Source: an uncultured Flavobacteriia bacterium
GTDB lineage: Bacteria; Bacteroidota; Bacteroidia; Flavobacteriales_D; Crocinitomicaceae
Reading direction: 5' to 3'
DNA length: 64,000 nucleotides
Assembly: GCA_937975705.1 (NCBI GenBank)
Contig: CALJTX010000019.1
Location: 117,748 to 181,747 of the forward strand
Shown here: positions 9,624-18,695 of the stretch, one piece after another
How positions within the stretch are numbered: position 1 is the first letter of the stretch
Layout of the letters: each line of letters starts with the position of its first letter
Made by a program: the position numbers and the translations under genes
Notes under the pieces: generated by a model
Seen by the model: only the letters and a program-made list of their open reading frames with translations
What the model was told of the DNA's origin: nothing
The model's database searches: none

Positions 9624-11285
9624 TTAGTTGCGAACGGGTGCAGCTGGTTTTGGTGTTGTGGTTGTGGCTGGCACCGGATCTTTAATACCGAGTGCTTTTT
9701 TGGCAACGGCATCTGTAGGTTCAATTAACAAGATTTCTTCAAAGTATTTCTTCGCTTTGTCGAGGTCTTTGTTCGCAGACTTTGAGTAGTAATCAGCTAC
9801 ATAACGCAAAGACTCAAGTACAAACGCTTTTTTGGTAGCTTGGCTGCGGTCTTCAGGCTTCACGATTTCGGTTACCTTAAAGTAGTGCGGGAAAGCCATC
9901 CATTTTTCATTGTTGGTGTCCATTTTGTAGTTGCAACGTCCGCGGTAGATATGAGCAGGGATATACGTAGAATCATTTTTGATAACCAACAAGAAGATGC
10001 TGTCTGCCGTTTTGTAGTCGTTGCGACCAAAATAGTAAGCCTTGCCAAGTTCATAAAGCTCTGGAGCAAGTAGTTTACCATTTTTTTGACGGCGTACATC
10101 ATAAGCAGAAATCACTTTGTCGTACATTTTGTTTTTGTTGTACAACTTGATGAGGTCGTTTGCCAATTCTTTGTAAGCGATGTCGTTCATGCTTGCCGCT
10201 TGTTCAAATGCAATAATTGCAAGGCTGTCTTGTGCTTTCTTTTGATAAATTGTGCCCCTAAGCTTGTAGTCTTGGTAGTTGATTTTATCCTTCGGCACTA
10301 TGGCAAAGAAACGGTCGCTTGCACTCAATGCTTTGTCAAGAAAGAGACTGTCCGCAGTGCAATTAGCATAAGCAAAGGCATAAAAACGTTGAATAAAGAA
10401 GTTATTCATGTTGTTAGCCGTTAAGTAATCGAGTTGCGGAAGCATCACACACCACTGTGAAGCACCATAAAGGGCATTGACATAGCGATATCTTGATTCT
10501 ACGTTATTGTTGAGCTCAAGGTATTTGAGCCAGTTTTCAATCGCTTTCTCGTTCTTGCCAAACATCATGAAAAGCTCGGCATTCAGGCGGTATGCAGGCG
10601 CATAGGTTGGGTCAATTGCTTTGGCCTCGTTGTACATTTTATTGGCTTCGGCTTCGTTGCGTGCACGTTGGTAAATAAGTGCTTTGCGTACGATACCACG
10701 TGGAGACTTCGGATTGATTACCAATACCTGATTATAGGCTTTGAGCGCTTCAGATGCATCTGAAGAATTGCGCGCATACAAAGCATCGCCTTTGAGAAGG
10801 TAGTTGTCTTCGTTAGTTGGGTCTTTGAGAATAGCTTCTTCAATCAGGATGAGTGCTTCATCGAGATTTTTAGTAGGCGCCTCAATGTAGATCTCAACAA
10901 TACCGCGAATGACTTCAGCTTTTTTGAGCTTGTCTTTTTTGGTCATTAAAAGTGCTTTTGTAAATTCAGCTTTCGCCTCTGTTGTTTTGCCCTCGAGCCA
11001 AAGTACGCGGCCTTGACCAACAAGTGGTAGCGCACGAAGTTTGTCCACTTCAAAACCTTTTTTCCACATGATTTTAGCAGAATCAAGTTCTTCCATTTCA
11101 AAGTAGCAGTCACCGAAATAAAAGTAGTTCTCACCGTTAATCGGGTCGGCAGCAACAAGTTTTTTGAAATCGTTGATGGCGTCGCGATAACGTTCGTTTT
11201 CGGTTTTTGCATTTGCAACTTGAAGGCTCTGTGCATAATTGAGCCCAGAGATAAGTAGCGTACTAAGGAGTAAGATGCGTTTCAT
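9624..11285 (-). CDS. tetratricopeptide-repeat protein (last gene of the Ton-complex operon)
   Basis: Signal peptide MKRILLLSTLLISGLNYAQS and multiple TPR-like A/Y/F-periodic helices ('AINDFKKLVAADPINGENYFYFGDCYF'). Pro/Thr-rich C-terminal tail. Confidence 0.6.
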   Translation of the reverse strand: MKRILLLSTLLISGLNYAQSLQVANAKTENERYRDAINDFKKLVAADPINGENYFYFGDCYFEMEELDSAKIMWKKGFEVDKLRALPLVGQGRVLWLEGKTTEAKAEFTKALLMTKKDKLKKAEVIRGIVEIYIEAPTKNLDEALILIEEAILKDPTNEDNYLLKGDALYARNSSDASEALKAYNQVLVINPKSPRGIVRKALIYQRARNEAEANKMYNEAKAIDPTYAPAYRLNAELFMMFGKNEKAIENWLKYLELNNNVESRYRYVNALYGASQWCVMLPQLDYLTANNMNNFFIQRFYAFAYANCTADSLFLDKALSASDRFFAIVPKDKINYQDYKLRGTIYQKKAQDSLAIIAFEQAASMNDIAYKELANDLIKLYNKNKMYDKVISAYDVRRQKNGKLLAPELYELGKAYYFGRNDYKTADSIFLLVIKNDSTYIPAHIYRGRCNYKMDTNNEKWMAFPHYFKVTEIVKPEDRSQATKKAFVLESLRYVADYYSKSANKDLDKAKKYFEEILLIEPTDAVAKKALGIKDPVPATTTTPKPAAPVRN

Positions 11286-11369
11286 GTCTGTTCTATTTAA
11301 CTTAATTCAGGCCAAAAATAGCCTAGTTTTTTGGGATACAAAAATTGTGCCTATTATTATTTGATGGAA

Positions 11370-12278
11370 TTATTGTAAAACCAGCCTTACCGGAGTGAGG
11401 GCTGGCACGAGTCCTGACTTCTGAATAATGAGCTGTCCTTTGTCGTCTTTTTTCATGAACAACACAAAGCCAGTATTCAAGCCAGATCGGCGCCCCTTAT
11501 TGATGACCCAAATATCGCGGATGAGTGGATATTCTTTAGTATAAATAAAACCTGCGTAAGGCTTGCACGCTGCCTGAGGGTCTTTGTCATAAACGGAAGC
11601 AATTTTGAGCCCATCCATGAATGCCAGTGAAGCGGGGTCTTCTTGATCGGAAATCCAGTTGAGGCCAATGATGCCCATGGTGCCAGGATGCGTTTTGACA
11701 TAATTAATTACTTCTTGATTGGATTTGAGCGCCGACACATTTTGGCCTAATTGGCCAATCTGTAGCATATTGATCATGAAGTTAAAATTGGCAGAACCGT
11801 TTTGATCAAATACAATTTGCTTTGGCAACGTATTGGATGCAAGTTTGGTTTTGTTTCCACTGAGTAAGTTTCTGATTTGATCTACACTCAATAGCGTATC
11901 GGTCATGGACGGATGCATGATCAGGACAACTGCATCTGATGCAATTTTGTCGCTGCGGAAAGATACATTTTTGCTCTTGAGGTATTCTTTTTCTTTGTCA
12001 TTGAAATCTCGGGTAATGACGATTGTTTTGGATTTGTTGGCATAAAACGCCTCAATGATGGCGTTTTCTGGCAAGTATTGAGCACTCACACGAGCTCTAG
12101 GGTATTGGCTCATGAATGTCTCGATAGATGTCTGGAAAAGCGGCTGAAAAGATTGCTCAACTAAAATTTTTGCCTTGCCACGACCATGTGCATCTTTTTG
12201 ATACACGAAGGGATTGTTGTTGCGGTCGCAAGCAGTGCTGACGAGTGCTCCGATGAGTATAAGAAAGAAGTATTTCAT
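11370..12278 (-). CDS. PstS-like (type-2 periplasmic binding fold) substrate-binding lipoprotein
   Basis: Lipoprotein-like signal MKYFFLILIGALVSTAC. Its position downstream of tonB matches the conserved Bacteroidota exbB-exbD-exbD-tonB-SBP-TPR arrangement. Confidence 0.5.
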   Translation of the reverse strand: MKYFFLILIGALVSTACDRNNNPFVYQKDAHGRGKAKILVEQSFQPLFQTSIETFMSQYPRARVSAQYLPENAIIEAFYANKSKTIVITRDFNDKEKEYLKSKNVSFRSDKIASDAVVLIMHPSMTDTLLSVDQIRNLLSGNKTKLASNTLPKQIVFDQNGSANFNFMINMLQIGQLGQNVSALKSNQEVINYVKTHPGTMGIIGLNWISDQEDPASLAFMDGLKIASVYDKDPQAACKPYAGFIYTKEYPLIRDIWVINKGRRSGLNTGFVLFMKKDDKGQLIIQKSGLVPALTPVRLVLQ

Positions 12279-12285
12279 AGGGGGC

Positions 12286-12480
12286 TTATTTTTGACTTGA
12301 CTTGATGCCTTTATAAATGCGAAACGTTCGAAACAGGCCGTAACTTAGAAAAACGACAACCATGAGCTGCTTGCGCCAAGGTTCCATTTCAATTAAATCG
12401 GTTGTGAGCAATACAATGGCAAAACCAAAACATAAAACTACGACCAATAGACCTAGAAAATGTTGTATATAATTCATCAT
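12286..12480 (-). CDS. small two-helix membrane protein (hypothetical)
   Basis: 64-aa ORF with an ATG start and two hydrophobic helices. 7-nt gap to the downstream SBP gene. Confidence 0.3.
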   Translation of the reverse strand: MMNYIQHFLGLLVVVLCFGFAIVLLTTDLIEMEPWRKQLMVVVFLSYGLFRTFRIYKGIKSSQK

Positions 12481-12493
12481 TATTTGGGAAAAA

Positions 12494-12517
12494 AAATCCC
12501 CATCGAGATGGGGATTT
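12494..12517 (-). terminator. hairpin (possible attenuating terminator) just downstream of tonB
   Basis: Stem ATCCCCAT / ATGGGGAT (extendable by A-T pairs) with loop CGAG. A T-run follows on the minus strand (plus-strand A-run 12488-12496). Confidence 0.45.
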
Positions 12518-12531
12518 AAATTTTTGATTTG

Positions 12532-13398
12532 CTATTGGGTATCGTAAATGATAGGTACACGAACCCAGAGGCGTACAGGACGACCGGCATTCTTGGCTGG
12601 GGTCCAGGGTGGGAATTTATTGATAATGGCAAGTGCTTCTTTGTTACAAGCAGGACACTCAACGATTGGGCGTTCTACGCTTGCATTGGAAATACGGCCA
12701 TCTTTTTCGACAACAAAACGCACAACTACTTTCCCTTTAACACCAAGTTCAATGGCTTCATCTGGGTAGTTGATGGTTGCGTTGATAAACGCATTCATTT
12801 TGTCGTAACCGCCAGGGAATTCGGCGTCTTCTTCGGCAACGTCTACTACTTCTTCAAAGACTGGTGTGTTGTCGGTAAGTGCCGGGCCATCTTCGGTTGT
12901 GTTTGCAAGGCCCCATTCCATATCACCTTCGTTGGTTTCGGTTGAGATGGTAACGGTTTCCAACTCTGCCTGTGATACCAATTCTTCTTCGACGTATTCG
13001 TCTTCGGCTACTGGAGCCATGAACGCTTGCGTTTGGGTCATTGGTGGTGGAGGTGGAGCGGTTGGTGGTGGCGGTGGAGGAACGTCTTCTTTTGGAGGCG
13101 CAACTGTAAAGTTGGTATCACTTATCTTTGGTTTGCGTTTTTCCTCTTTAGGAAGGTTCTTAATGATAACGGATGCAGCAAAGGCAAGGGCTGCAAAAGC
13201 AACCAATCCGCCCAAAATGAGCGTCATGCGTTTGTTGTAGCCACTGCGCAGTACGTAAGCACCATATTCGCGGTTGCGATGGGCAAATACGGCCTCGTTG
13301 CGGCTTACAGAAGTAATGGCTTCCCAGTTGCGATTGACGTAGTAATCGAATAGGGAGAAACCTGTTACAAGAGCGACGATAACATAAATGACTGTCAT
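12532..13398 (-). CDS. tonB: energy transducer TonB
   Basis: Pro-rich spacer 'PPPPPPTAPPPPP' and C-terminal TonB domain 'FPGGYDKMNAFINATINYPDEAIELGVKGKVVVRFVVEKDGRISN'. Confidence 0.85.
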   Translation of the reverse strand: MTVIYVIVALVTGFSLFDYYVNRNWEAITSVSRNEAVFAHRNREYGAYVLRSGYNKRMTLILGGLVAFAALAFAASVIIKNLPKEEKRKPKISDTNFTVAPPKEDVPPPPPPTAPPPPPMTQTQAFMAPVAEDEYVEEELVSQAELETVTISTETNEGDMEWGLANTTEDGPALTDNTPVFEEVVDVAEEDAEFPGGYDKMNAFINATINYPDEAIELGVKGKVVVRFVVEKDGRISNASVERPIVECPACNKEALAIINKFPPWTPAKNAGRPVRLWVRVPIIYDTQ

Positions 13399-13402
13399 GA
13401 CC

Positions 13403-14038
13403 TTAGTTTTTAGATTTTAACAATTCTTTCTCTCCGGCTGACAAGTCTGTTGGTGCAATGACACCAATACTTGCTATCTTGAGTTCGTCCACTAGATCAA
13501 TAAAGCTTTTGCAGAGTGCTTTGTCGTCGGTTTTGATCAAGACTTTAACAGCCTCTCTTTCTACCGTTAGATCATTGAGCTTTTTCTCGTAGGTGCTATC
13601 TGCAATTTGTTTCTTTTCTAGCTTCTTATCAAGTTCAACCTTATTCTTTATAACGTATTCGTTCCAAGAAGCTAACAATTTTCTTACACTATTTTCTCCT
13701 GATCCGAAATTAGCTTCCTCGAGTACTGTTGGTCCGTTGGCTCCTGGTTTAGATTTCGGGTAAAATTCACCACGGTAATAGTAAACTTTGTCGTCGGCTA
13801 AAATGAAGGTAGTTACGTTGTTAGCTTTTGGCGGCTTCGGGTCTGTTACTTTTGGTTTTGCGGGGTAAGCGAGTGGCATCACCTTAGGCTTGCTAAAGGT
13901 GGAGGTCAAGACGAAGAACGTAAGAAGTAGAAACGCGAGGTCGACCATTGGGGTCATGTCTACGTGCGTTGAACCTTTCTTTGCTCTTTTCTTGCCTTTG
14001 CCGTGGTCGCCACCGCCGCTTTCTGCGATTTGTGCCAT
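13403..14038 (-). CDS. exbD: biopolymer transporter ExbD
   Basis: ExbD/TolR signature 'VDMTPMVDLAFLLLTFFV' at the N-terminal TM helix. Confidence 0.85.
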   Translation of the reverse strand: MAQIAESGGGDHGKGKKRAKKGSTHVDMTPMVDLAFLLLTFFVLTSTFSKPKVMPLAYPAKPKVTDPKPPKANNVTTFILADDKVYYYRGEFYPKSKPGANGPTVLEEANFGSGENSVRKLLASWNEYVIKNKVELDKKLEKKQIADSTYEKKLNDLTVEREAVKVLIKTDDKALCKSFIDLVDELKIASIGVIAPTDLSAGEKELLKSKN

Positions 14039-14045
14039 GTGTTTG

Positions 14046-14711
14046 TTAGTTAACCGGAATTGCTTCCGCAGAGGTTACAAAATTCAAATTATTCAAATTC
14101 AATTCTCTGAATACATCGATCACTTTTTGCGCATCTTTGTACAAGGTTTTGGAGTCTACACGCAAAATAAATTTAGGCTTGAAGTCTTCCATTTTAGGCT
14201 CGCCACCTTTGAGCTTTGCTTCTTCAAAAGCGGTGCGTCCGGTGTTGCCTGCAGCGGTTGCTGCAAATGAAAGCCAATCTAAAAGTTCATTTTTGGTAGA
14301 ATCTGAAGGGATCCCTTTTGTAGGGAAACTTGCACGTTTTGCAGCTTCGGTGTTCATGTATGCAGGAAGTTCTTGCATGGTACAACCAAAGGTTGACATA
14401 AAAGAAAACTCTTCAATTTTCTCCTCACTAAGACCAATCTTATATTTTTGGAGCATATTGTTGAGCATTTCTTTACGGGCCTCCGCATCGGAAAGGTTGA
14501 AGAACACGCGACCGTCTTTGTCTAGGGTCACCATCAGGATGTTTTCAGGAATGATTTTATCACTGATACTTGAAGGTGTTTCTACGGTTACGGGTTCGGC
14601 ATTTCTGAAAGAGGCCGTCAACATAAAGAAGGTTACAAGCAAGAACGCCAAGTCCACCATAGGCGTCATGTCTATGGAAGGAGTGCCTTTGGGCATTTTG
14701 ATTTTTGGCAT
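14046..14711 (-). CDS. exbD: biopolymer transporter ExbD (second paralog)
   Basis: 'IDMTPMVDLAFLLVTFFM' signature. In tandem with the previous ExbD. Confidence 0.85.
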   Translation of the reverse strand: MPKIKMPKGTPSIDMTPMVDLAFLLVTFFMLTASFRNAEPVTVETPSSISDKIIPENILMVTLDKDGRVFFNLSDAEARKEMLNNMLQKYKIGLSEEKIEEFSFMSTFGCTMQELPAYMNTEAAKRASFPTKGIPSDSTKNELLDWLSFAATAAGNTGRTAFEEAKLKGGEPKMEDFKPKFILRVDSKTLYKDAQKVIDVFRELNLNNLNFVTSAEAIPVN

Positions 14712-14741
14712 TGCTTGAGGTATTACTTAATGATGAGTCAA

Positions 14742-15545
14742 TTAGTTGTTTGCTGCAAAATCTTGAACGATCGTGAAGCTCGCTTCGTCGATACCGTAAG
14801 TCATGGCGTCGATTTTAGTAGAGAAGAAGCTAAATGCGATGATCGCGATTGTTGAACCAGCAATACCGAATGCGGTGTTGATAAGGGCCTCAGAGATACC
14901 TGTAGAAAGTTCTGCTGTATCTGGAGCACCTTGTGACATCGCGGCAAATGAACGGATCATACCGAGTACTGTACCGATCAAACCGATAAGGGTTGAGATA
15001 GATGCAGTTGTAGAAAGAACCGGCAAGTTTTTAGAAAGCATAGGCAATTCCAAAGAAGTGGCTTCTTCTAATTCTTTTTTCAAAGCTTCGAGCTTTTGCT
15101 CTTTGTCCATGTCTTTTTCGTTCAACATTTGTTGGTACTTAACCAAACCAGAACGAACAACGTTAGCCAAAGAACCGCGCTGTGCGTCGCAAGCTTCGAT
15201 AGCGCCATTGAAATCTTTGGCAGCCATTAATTCTTTGATTTTTTCAATGAATTGGTTGGCTTTACCTTTACCGTTAGCCAATAATAAAGTCACTAAACGC
15301 TCAATCGTGAAAATTAATACGATAAGGTTGATAGCTACCAAACCTGGTACAATGAACCCACCTTTGTAGATGACCCCTAATAGGTTACCTTCTACTGGTT
15401 CTGCTTCTGGATTTCTGTCCACAAAGTTTCCTGGATCACCAAAAATGTATTTGTAAATCAAGATACCTGCAATAAGTGCAAGTGCAATAGCCAAGAATGC
15501 GATAATTGCTGAAAAGCCCCCGGCGGTTTTTTGTTTTTTGTCCAT
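14742..15545 (-). CDS. exbB: MotA/TolQ/ExbB proton-channel protein
   Basis: ATG at 15545 (MDKKQK; track start 15587 is TTG). Channel motif 'ISTLIGLIGTVLGMIRSF' and three TM helices. Confidence 0.85.
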   Translation of the reverse strand: MDKKQKTAGGFSAIIAFLAIALALIAGILIYKYIFGDPGNFVDRNPEAEPVEGNLLGVIYKGGFIVPGLVAINLIVLIFTIERLVTLLLANGKGKANQFIEKIKELMAAKDFNGAIEACDAQRGSLANVVRSGLVKYQQMLNEKDMDKEQKLEALKKELEEATSLELPMLSKNLPVLSTTASISTLIGLIGTVLGMIRSFAAMSQGAPDTAELSTGISEALINTAFGIAGSTIAIIAFSFFSTKIDAMTYGIDEASFTIVQDFAANN

Positions 15546-15849
15546 AATGATCGTTTTTAATTTTTCATTTTTACAATTGAACGCCAAATATAAAAAAACT
15601 TTAGCCCCTTTTCAAAACGAAATTTACATGTTTGCGCTAGCCTAACGTATAATTATTGTATTTCTAACACAAAGTCGGCTATATTGAGTCCATTATCAAA
15701 TTGTTTTCAATCTATACCGCACAAAAATTAATATAGATTTAACATATGTTTGGAGCCTAAAAATACCTACTTACGGTCTACTTGCGAAAAACCAAACTGC
15801 GCTTCTTGGTACTTGCGAATATCAGTACGGGTTTCTACTTCTCAAACTC

Positions 15850-15857
15850 TAGATTTG
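15850..15857 (+). promoter_or_regulatory. candidate Bacteroidota -7 promoter box (TAnnTTTG) for the lipid operon
   Basis: TAGATTTG lies about 60 nt upstream of the ATG at 15917. A second match, TATGTTTG, is at 15745-15752. Motif match only. Confidence 0.25.
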
Positions 15858-15916
15858 CCTTTTGAGCATATAAATCTTTGGGTTTTTTCTAAAAAATATA
15901 TATCTTTTGCTTTGCT

Positions 15917-16402
15917 ATGCGATTTTATTTAGTTGACAGAATTGAGGAGATTATTCCAGGACAAAAGGCCACTGGAATCAAATGTTGGACTTTATCGGAA
16001 GATTATTTTGCGGAACATTTCCCAGGGTTTCCTATTGTTCCGGGCGTTTTACAAATAGAAACGATGGCCCAACTAATGGGCATCCTTATTGAACATTCAT
16101 ATGCTGCAGCCTATCCAGAGAAAGGGAGGTGTTATCCAATCCTAAGTATTGTTCAAAAGGCAAAATTTAGAGATGTCATCATTCCCGGCGACCAAAGTCA
16201 CATAGAAGTTGTTTTAACCTCTCTCGATACGATGCGTGCTGCCGGTAGTGCAAAATTGCTTGTGGAGGGGAAAGTCCGCGCGGAAGCGGATTTGAGTTTT
16301 ACTATTTTGGAAGCCCAACAAGCAAGTAATAACCCTTTTATTGGTCAACGCGACGAATATTATTTGTCTTTAAATGTTCAACAAACGCTTAAAAAGCGCT
16401 AA
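15917..16402 (+). CDS. FabZ/FabA-family 3-hydroxyacyl-ACP dehydratase (hot-dog fold)
   Basis: 'HFPGFPIVPGVLQIETMAQ' carries the catalytic His and Glu of FabZ-type dehydratases. 161 aa. Confidence 0.8.
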   Translation: MRFYLVDRIEEIIPGQKATGIKCWTLSEDYFAEHFPGFPIVPGVLQIETMAQLMGILIEHSYAAAYPEKGRCYPILSIVQKAKFRDVIIPGDQSHIEVVLTSLDTMRAAGSAKLLVEGKVRAEADLSFTILEAQQASNNPFIGQRDEYYLSLNVQQTLKKR

Positions 16403-17430
16403 TGCTCGCTACCATAACAGCCATCGGATTTTGGGAAAGTGCTATGTTTTCTGTCGACGGCACCTTGGAGCCAAGGTCTGAGTTGTTGCCTAATGAGGCT
16501 ATAAATCAGCGTCAGTTACCTCACTTTAACGCTGCGTTTCGCCAAATTCAACTCGATCCCACACACCCTAATTACCCCAAACAGAGCGATCTTAAAATTT
16601 TGCGCAACGATACAATTGCAGCACTTGTGCTGAGCCAGCAGATGCAGGCTTTACATCAGTGGGGCACTACATTTAAGGAACATGGCGCCCTTTTGGTTGC
16701 GAACAGCAATTTTATCGATGACGACGTACTCGATTTTGAGTCCATAACTACTGCAGTGAGTCAGTTACAAACGGCGCTTGATCCTGCAACTGAAAACAAA
16801 TTGTTTGGTTCTACTATTTCACCTTTATTGCCACTCAGAACGCTAACCAATGGCGCACAGAGTTTTATTGCGCAATATTTAGGATTTTATGGGAGTTCTA
16901 CCACTTACGGGAGTACAGGAATTGCGAGTGTTCAGGCCTTACGAGATGCCTGTAACTTAATCATTATTGATGCAAGCCGCTTGATTTTAGTTGGCGGTTG
17001 TCATTTCGCCAATTTGTTCTCATTTCTAAATAATTGCTTGTTGCTTCATGATACCGAAGGATATGCAGAGGCAAGCGCTGCTAGTTTTTTCATGTTAACA
17101 GCTGCCAATCCAAAGGTGAGCGGCAAGCACAATTTACACATCCTTCATTTTTATCAAAATCTAGAAGAGCTGCAAGGAGAACATGTAGATTGGTTGTTTT
17201 ACGGAGGTGCATTTACGCCGCTTGAGGATGCAAAATTGCTTGCGCGCTGTCAGCATTTGCAATATCAAGAAGCATTTAGCTGGTTTGCTCATACGGGTAA
17301 TCTTGGTGCGGCCGAACTCGGCATGCTGCTTGCGGCTGCGGGCAACTGGCTCAGAAAAGGTCAAACTGCAGTTGTGTTGATTCAAGATGCATTTGGCGTT
17401 CTAGAACTTTTCAAAGTGGAGCACGCATGA
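16402..17430 (+). CDS. KS-like, non-catalytic partner (chain-length-factor-like) protein
   Basis: 342 aa. The region equivalent to the KS active site reads 'YGSTGIASVQAL' (no Cys). C-terminal 'AHTGNLGAAELG' lacks the KS His. TAATG and ATGA coupling to both neighbours. Confidence 0.55.
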   Translation: MLATITAIGFWESAMFSVDGTLEPRSELLPNEAINQRQLPHFNAAFRQIQLDPTHPNYPKQSDLKILRNDTIAALVLSQQMQALHQWGTTFKEHGALLVANSNFIDDDVLDFESITTAVSQLQTALDPATENKLFGSTISPLLPLRTLTNGAQSFIAQYLGFYGSSTTYGSTGIASVQALRDACNLIIIDASRLILVGGCHFANLFSFLNNCLLLHDTEGYAEASAASFFMLTAANPKVSGKHNLHILHFYQNLEELQGEHVDWLFYGGAFTPLEDAKLLARCQHLQYQEAFSWFAHTGNLGAAELGMLLAAAGNWLRKGQTAVVLIQDAFGVLELFKVEHA

Positions 17431-18695
17431 GTTCAGCAAAAGTTTATGTCCTTCACACACATTCGGTGAGTCCGCTAGGGATGGGTAGCGCTGAGTTGTT
17501 GGCAGCCCTAAAAAATCAAAAGCAAGCTGCCGCTGACATCACACAATTTGACCCTGCTGGTTTGGCCCAAACCAAAGCCTGTGAAGTGGCGCCTGCATAT
17601 TTGGCGGGTCTTGACCTTCTTCATGAAGCTTGGCAAATGGTGGCAGCCTATGACCGTAAATTTGCACTTTGGGCCACCGCAGTGCAAAGCGAGCAAGCGC
17701 AACTTCAAGCGCTTTTTAGCAAAACTTCAACACAGCGAACAGCATTATTTTTGGGCTTGGGAGCCAACGCGATCCCCGTCCAACATATCGCCAAATCCGT
17801 TTCTGATTTTACCGCTTTTGGATTGAATCAAGCCATTGCCCAACTAAATGTTCATGTGGGTAAAAAAGCCAATTCGATTTTCAATCATGCCGATTTATAC
17901 GGTAACTATTTTCGCCAAGAAATTGCACCATTTGGCTTTTGTAGGAATTTAATGACGGCATGCTCGAGTAGTACGCAAGCCATTGCTTTTGGTGCTGCAC
18001 ATATTTTGTCCGGACAAGCTGATTTGGTTTTAGCAGGCGGCACCGACTCTATTCTCAATCAGTTTGCCTACATATCTTTTGGCAAATTAGGCGTATTGAG
18101 CCCTGAAGAATGTAAGCCTTTTGATACAGGACGCAACGGTACAATTGCTGGTGAATGTGCCGGATTTACATTGTTGGCATCTGAGCAATTCGTTCGGGAA
18201 AACGGTTTGCAACCCCAGATTGCACTTCTAGGTTATGGCAACAGCATGGACGCTTACAAAATCACTGCGCCAGATCCAAATGGGGCCGGCGTTGAACGCG
18301 CGCTGCGTTGCGCATTACAGATGGCTCAACTATCGCCAGAGGCATTGGATTACATCAATGCCCACGGAACCGGAACGCGATCCAATGACGAAGCAGAGTT
18401 GCGCGCCATTGAACGGGTTGTTGGTTCGGCTGCAGCTAATATTGCCGTGAGCTCGACCAAAGACCGACACGGTCATGCTATTGCAGCCGCGGGTATTCAA
18501 GAATTTCATGTGCTCACTACCTGTATGTCAAACGGACTCGTACCAGCAAACCTCAATTGTAACAATCCAATTCAAACGCCGCTTGAGCTGCCCCTACAAA
18601 CCAATCAAAATCGAAAAATCAAATATGCACTCACCAATAATTTTGCTTTTGGTGGTGTCAATTGTGCTTTAGCACTTGAAAACTTAGCCCTATGA
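17427..18695 (+). CDS. beta-ketoacyl-ACP synthase (KAS I/II-type, Cys-His-His)
   Basis: 'LMTACSSSTQAI' (Cys), 'INAHGTGT' (His), 'KDRHGHAIAAAG' (His), 'NNFAFGGVNCALAL' C-terminus. Confidence 0.85.
   Translation: MSSAKVYVLHTHSVSPLGMGSAELLAALKNQKQAAADITQFDPAGLAQTKACEVAPAYLAGLDLLHEAWQMVAAYDRKFALWATAVQSEQAQLQALFSKTSTQRTALFLGLGANAIPVQHIAKSVSDFTAFGLNQAIAQLNVHVGKKANSIFNHADLYGNYFRQEIAPFGFCRNLMTACSSSTQAIAFGAAHILSGQADLVLAGGTDSILNQFAYISFGKLGVLSPEECKPFDTGRNGTIAGECAGFTLLASEQFVRENGLQPQIALLGYGNSMDAYKITAPDPNGAGVERALRCALQMAQLSPEALDYINAHGTGTRSNDEAELRAIERVVGSAAANIAVSSTKDRHGHAIAAAGIQEFHVLTTCMSNGLVPANLNCNNPIQTPLELPLQTNQNRKIKYALTNNFAFGGVNCALALENLAL

Noticed and set aside
12866-13353. Gly/Trp-rich + strand ORFs opposite tonB
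   Set aside because: They are the complement of the TonB poly-Pro spacer codons (CCN read as NGG), not independent genes.
14137-15369. Long + strand ORFs (193 aa and 188 aa) antisense to exbD and exbB
   Set aside because: The minus-strand frames carry unmistakable ExbD and ExbB signatures. The antisense ORFs are Ser/Ala-rich with no motifs, so they are typical shadow ORFs.
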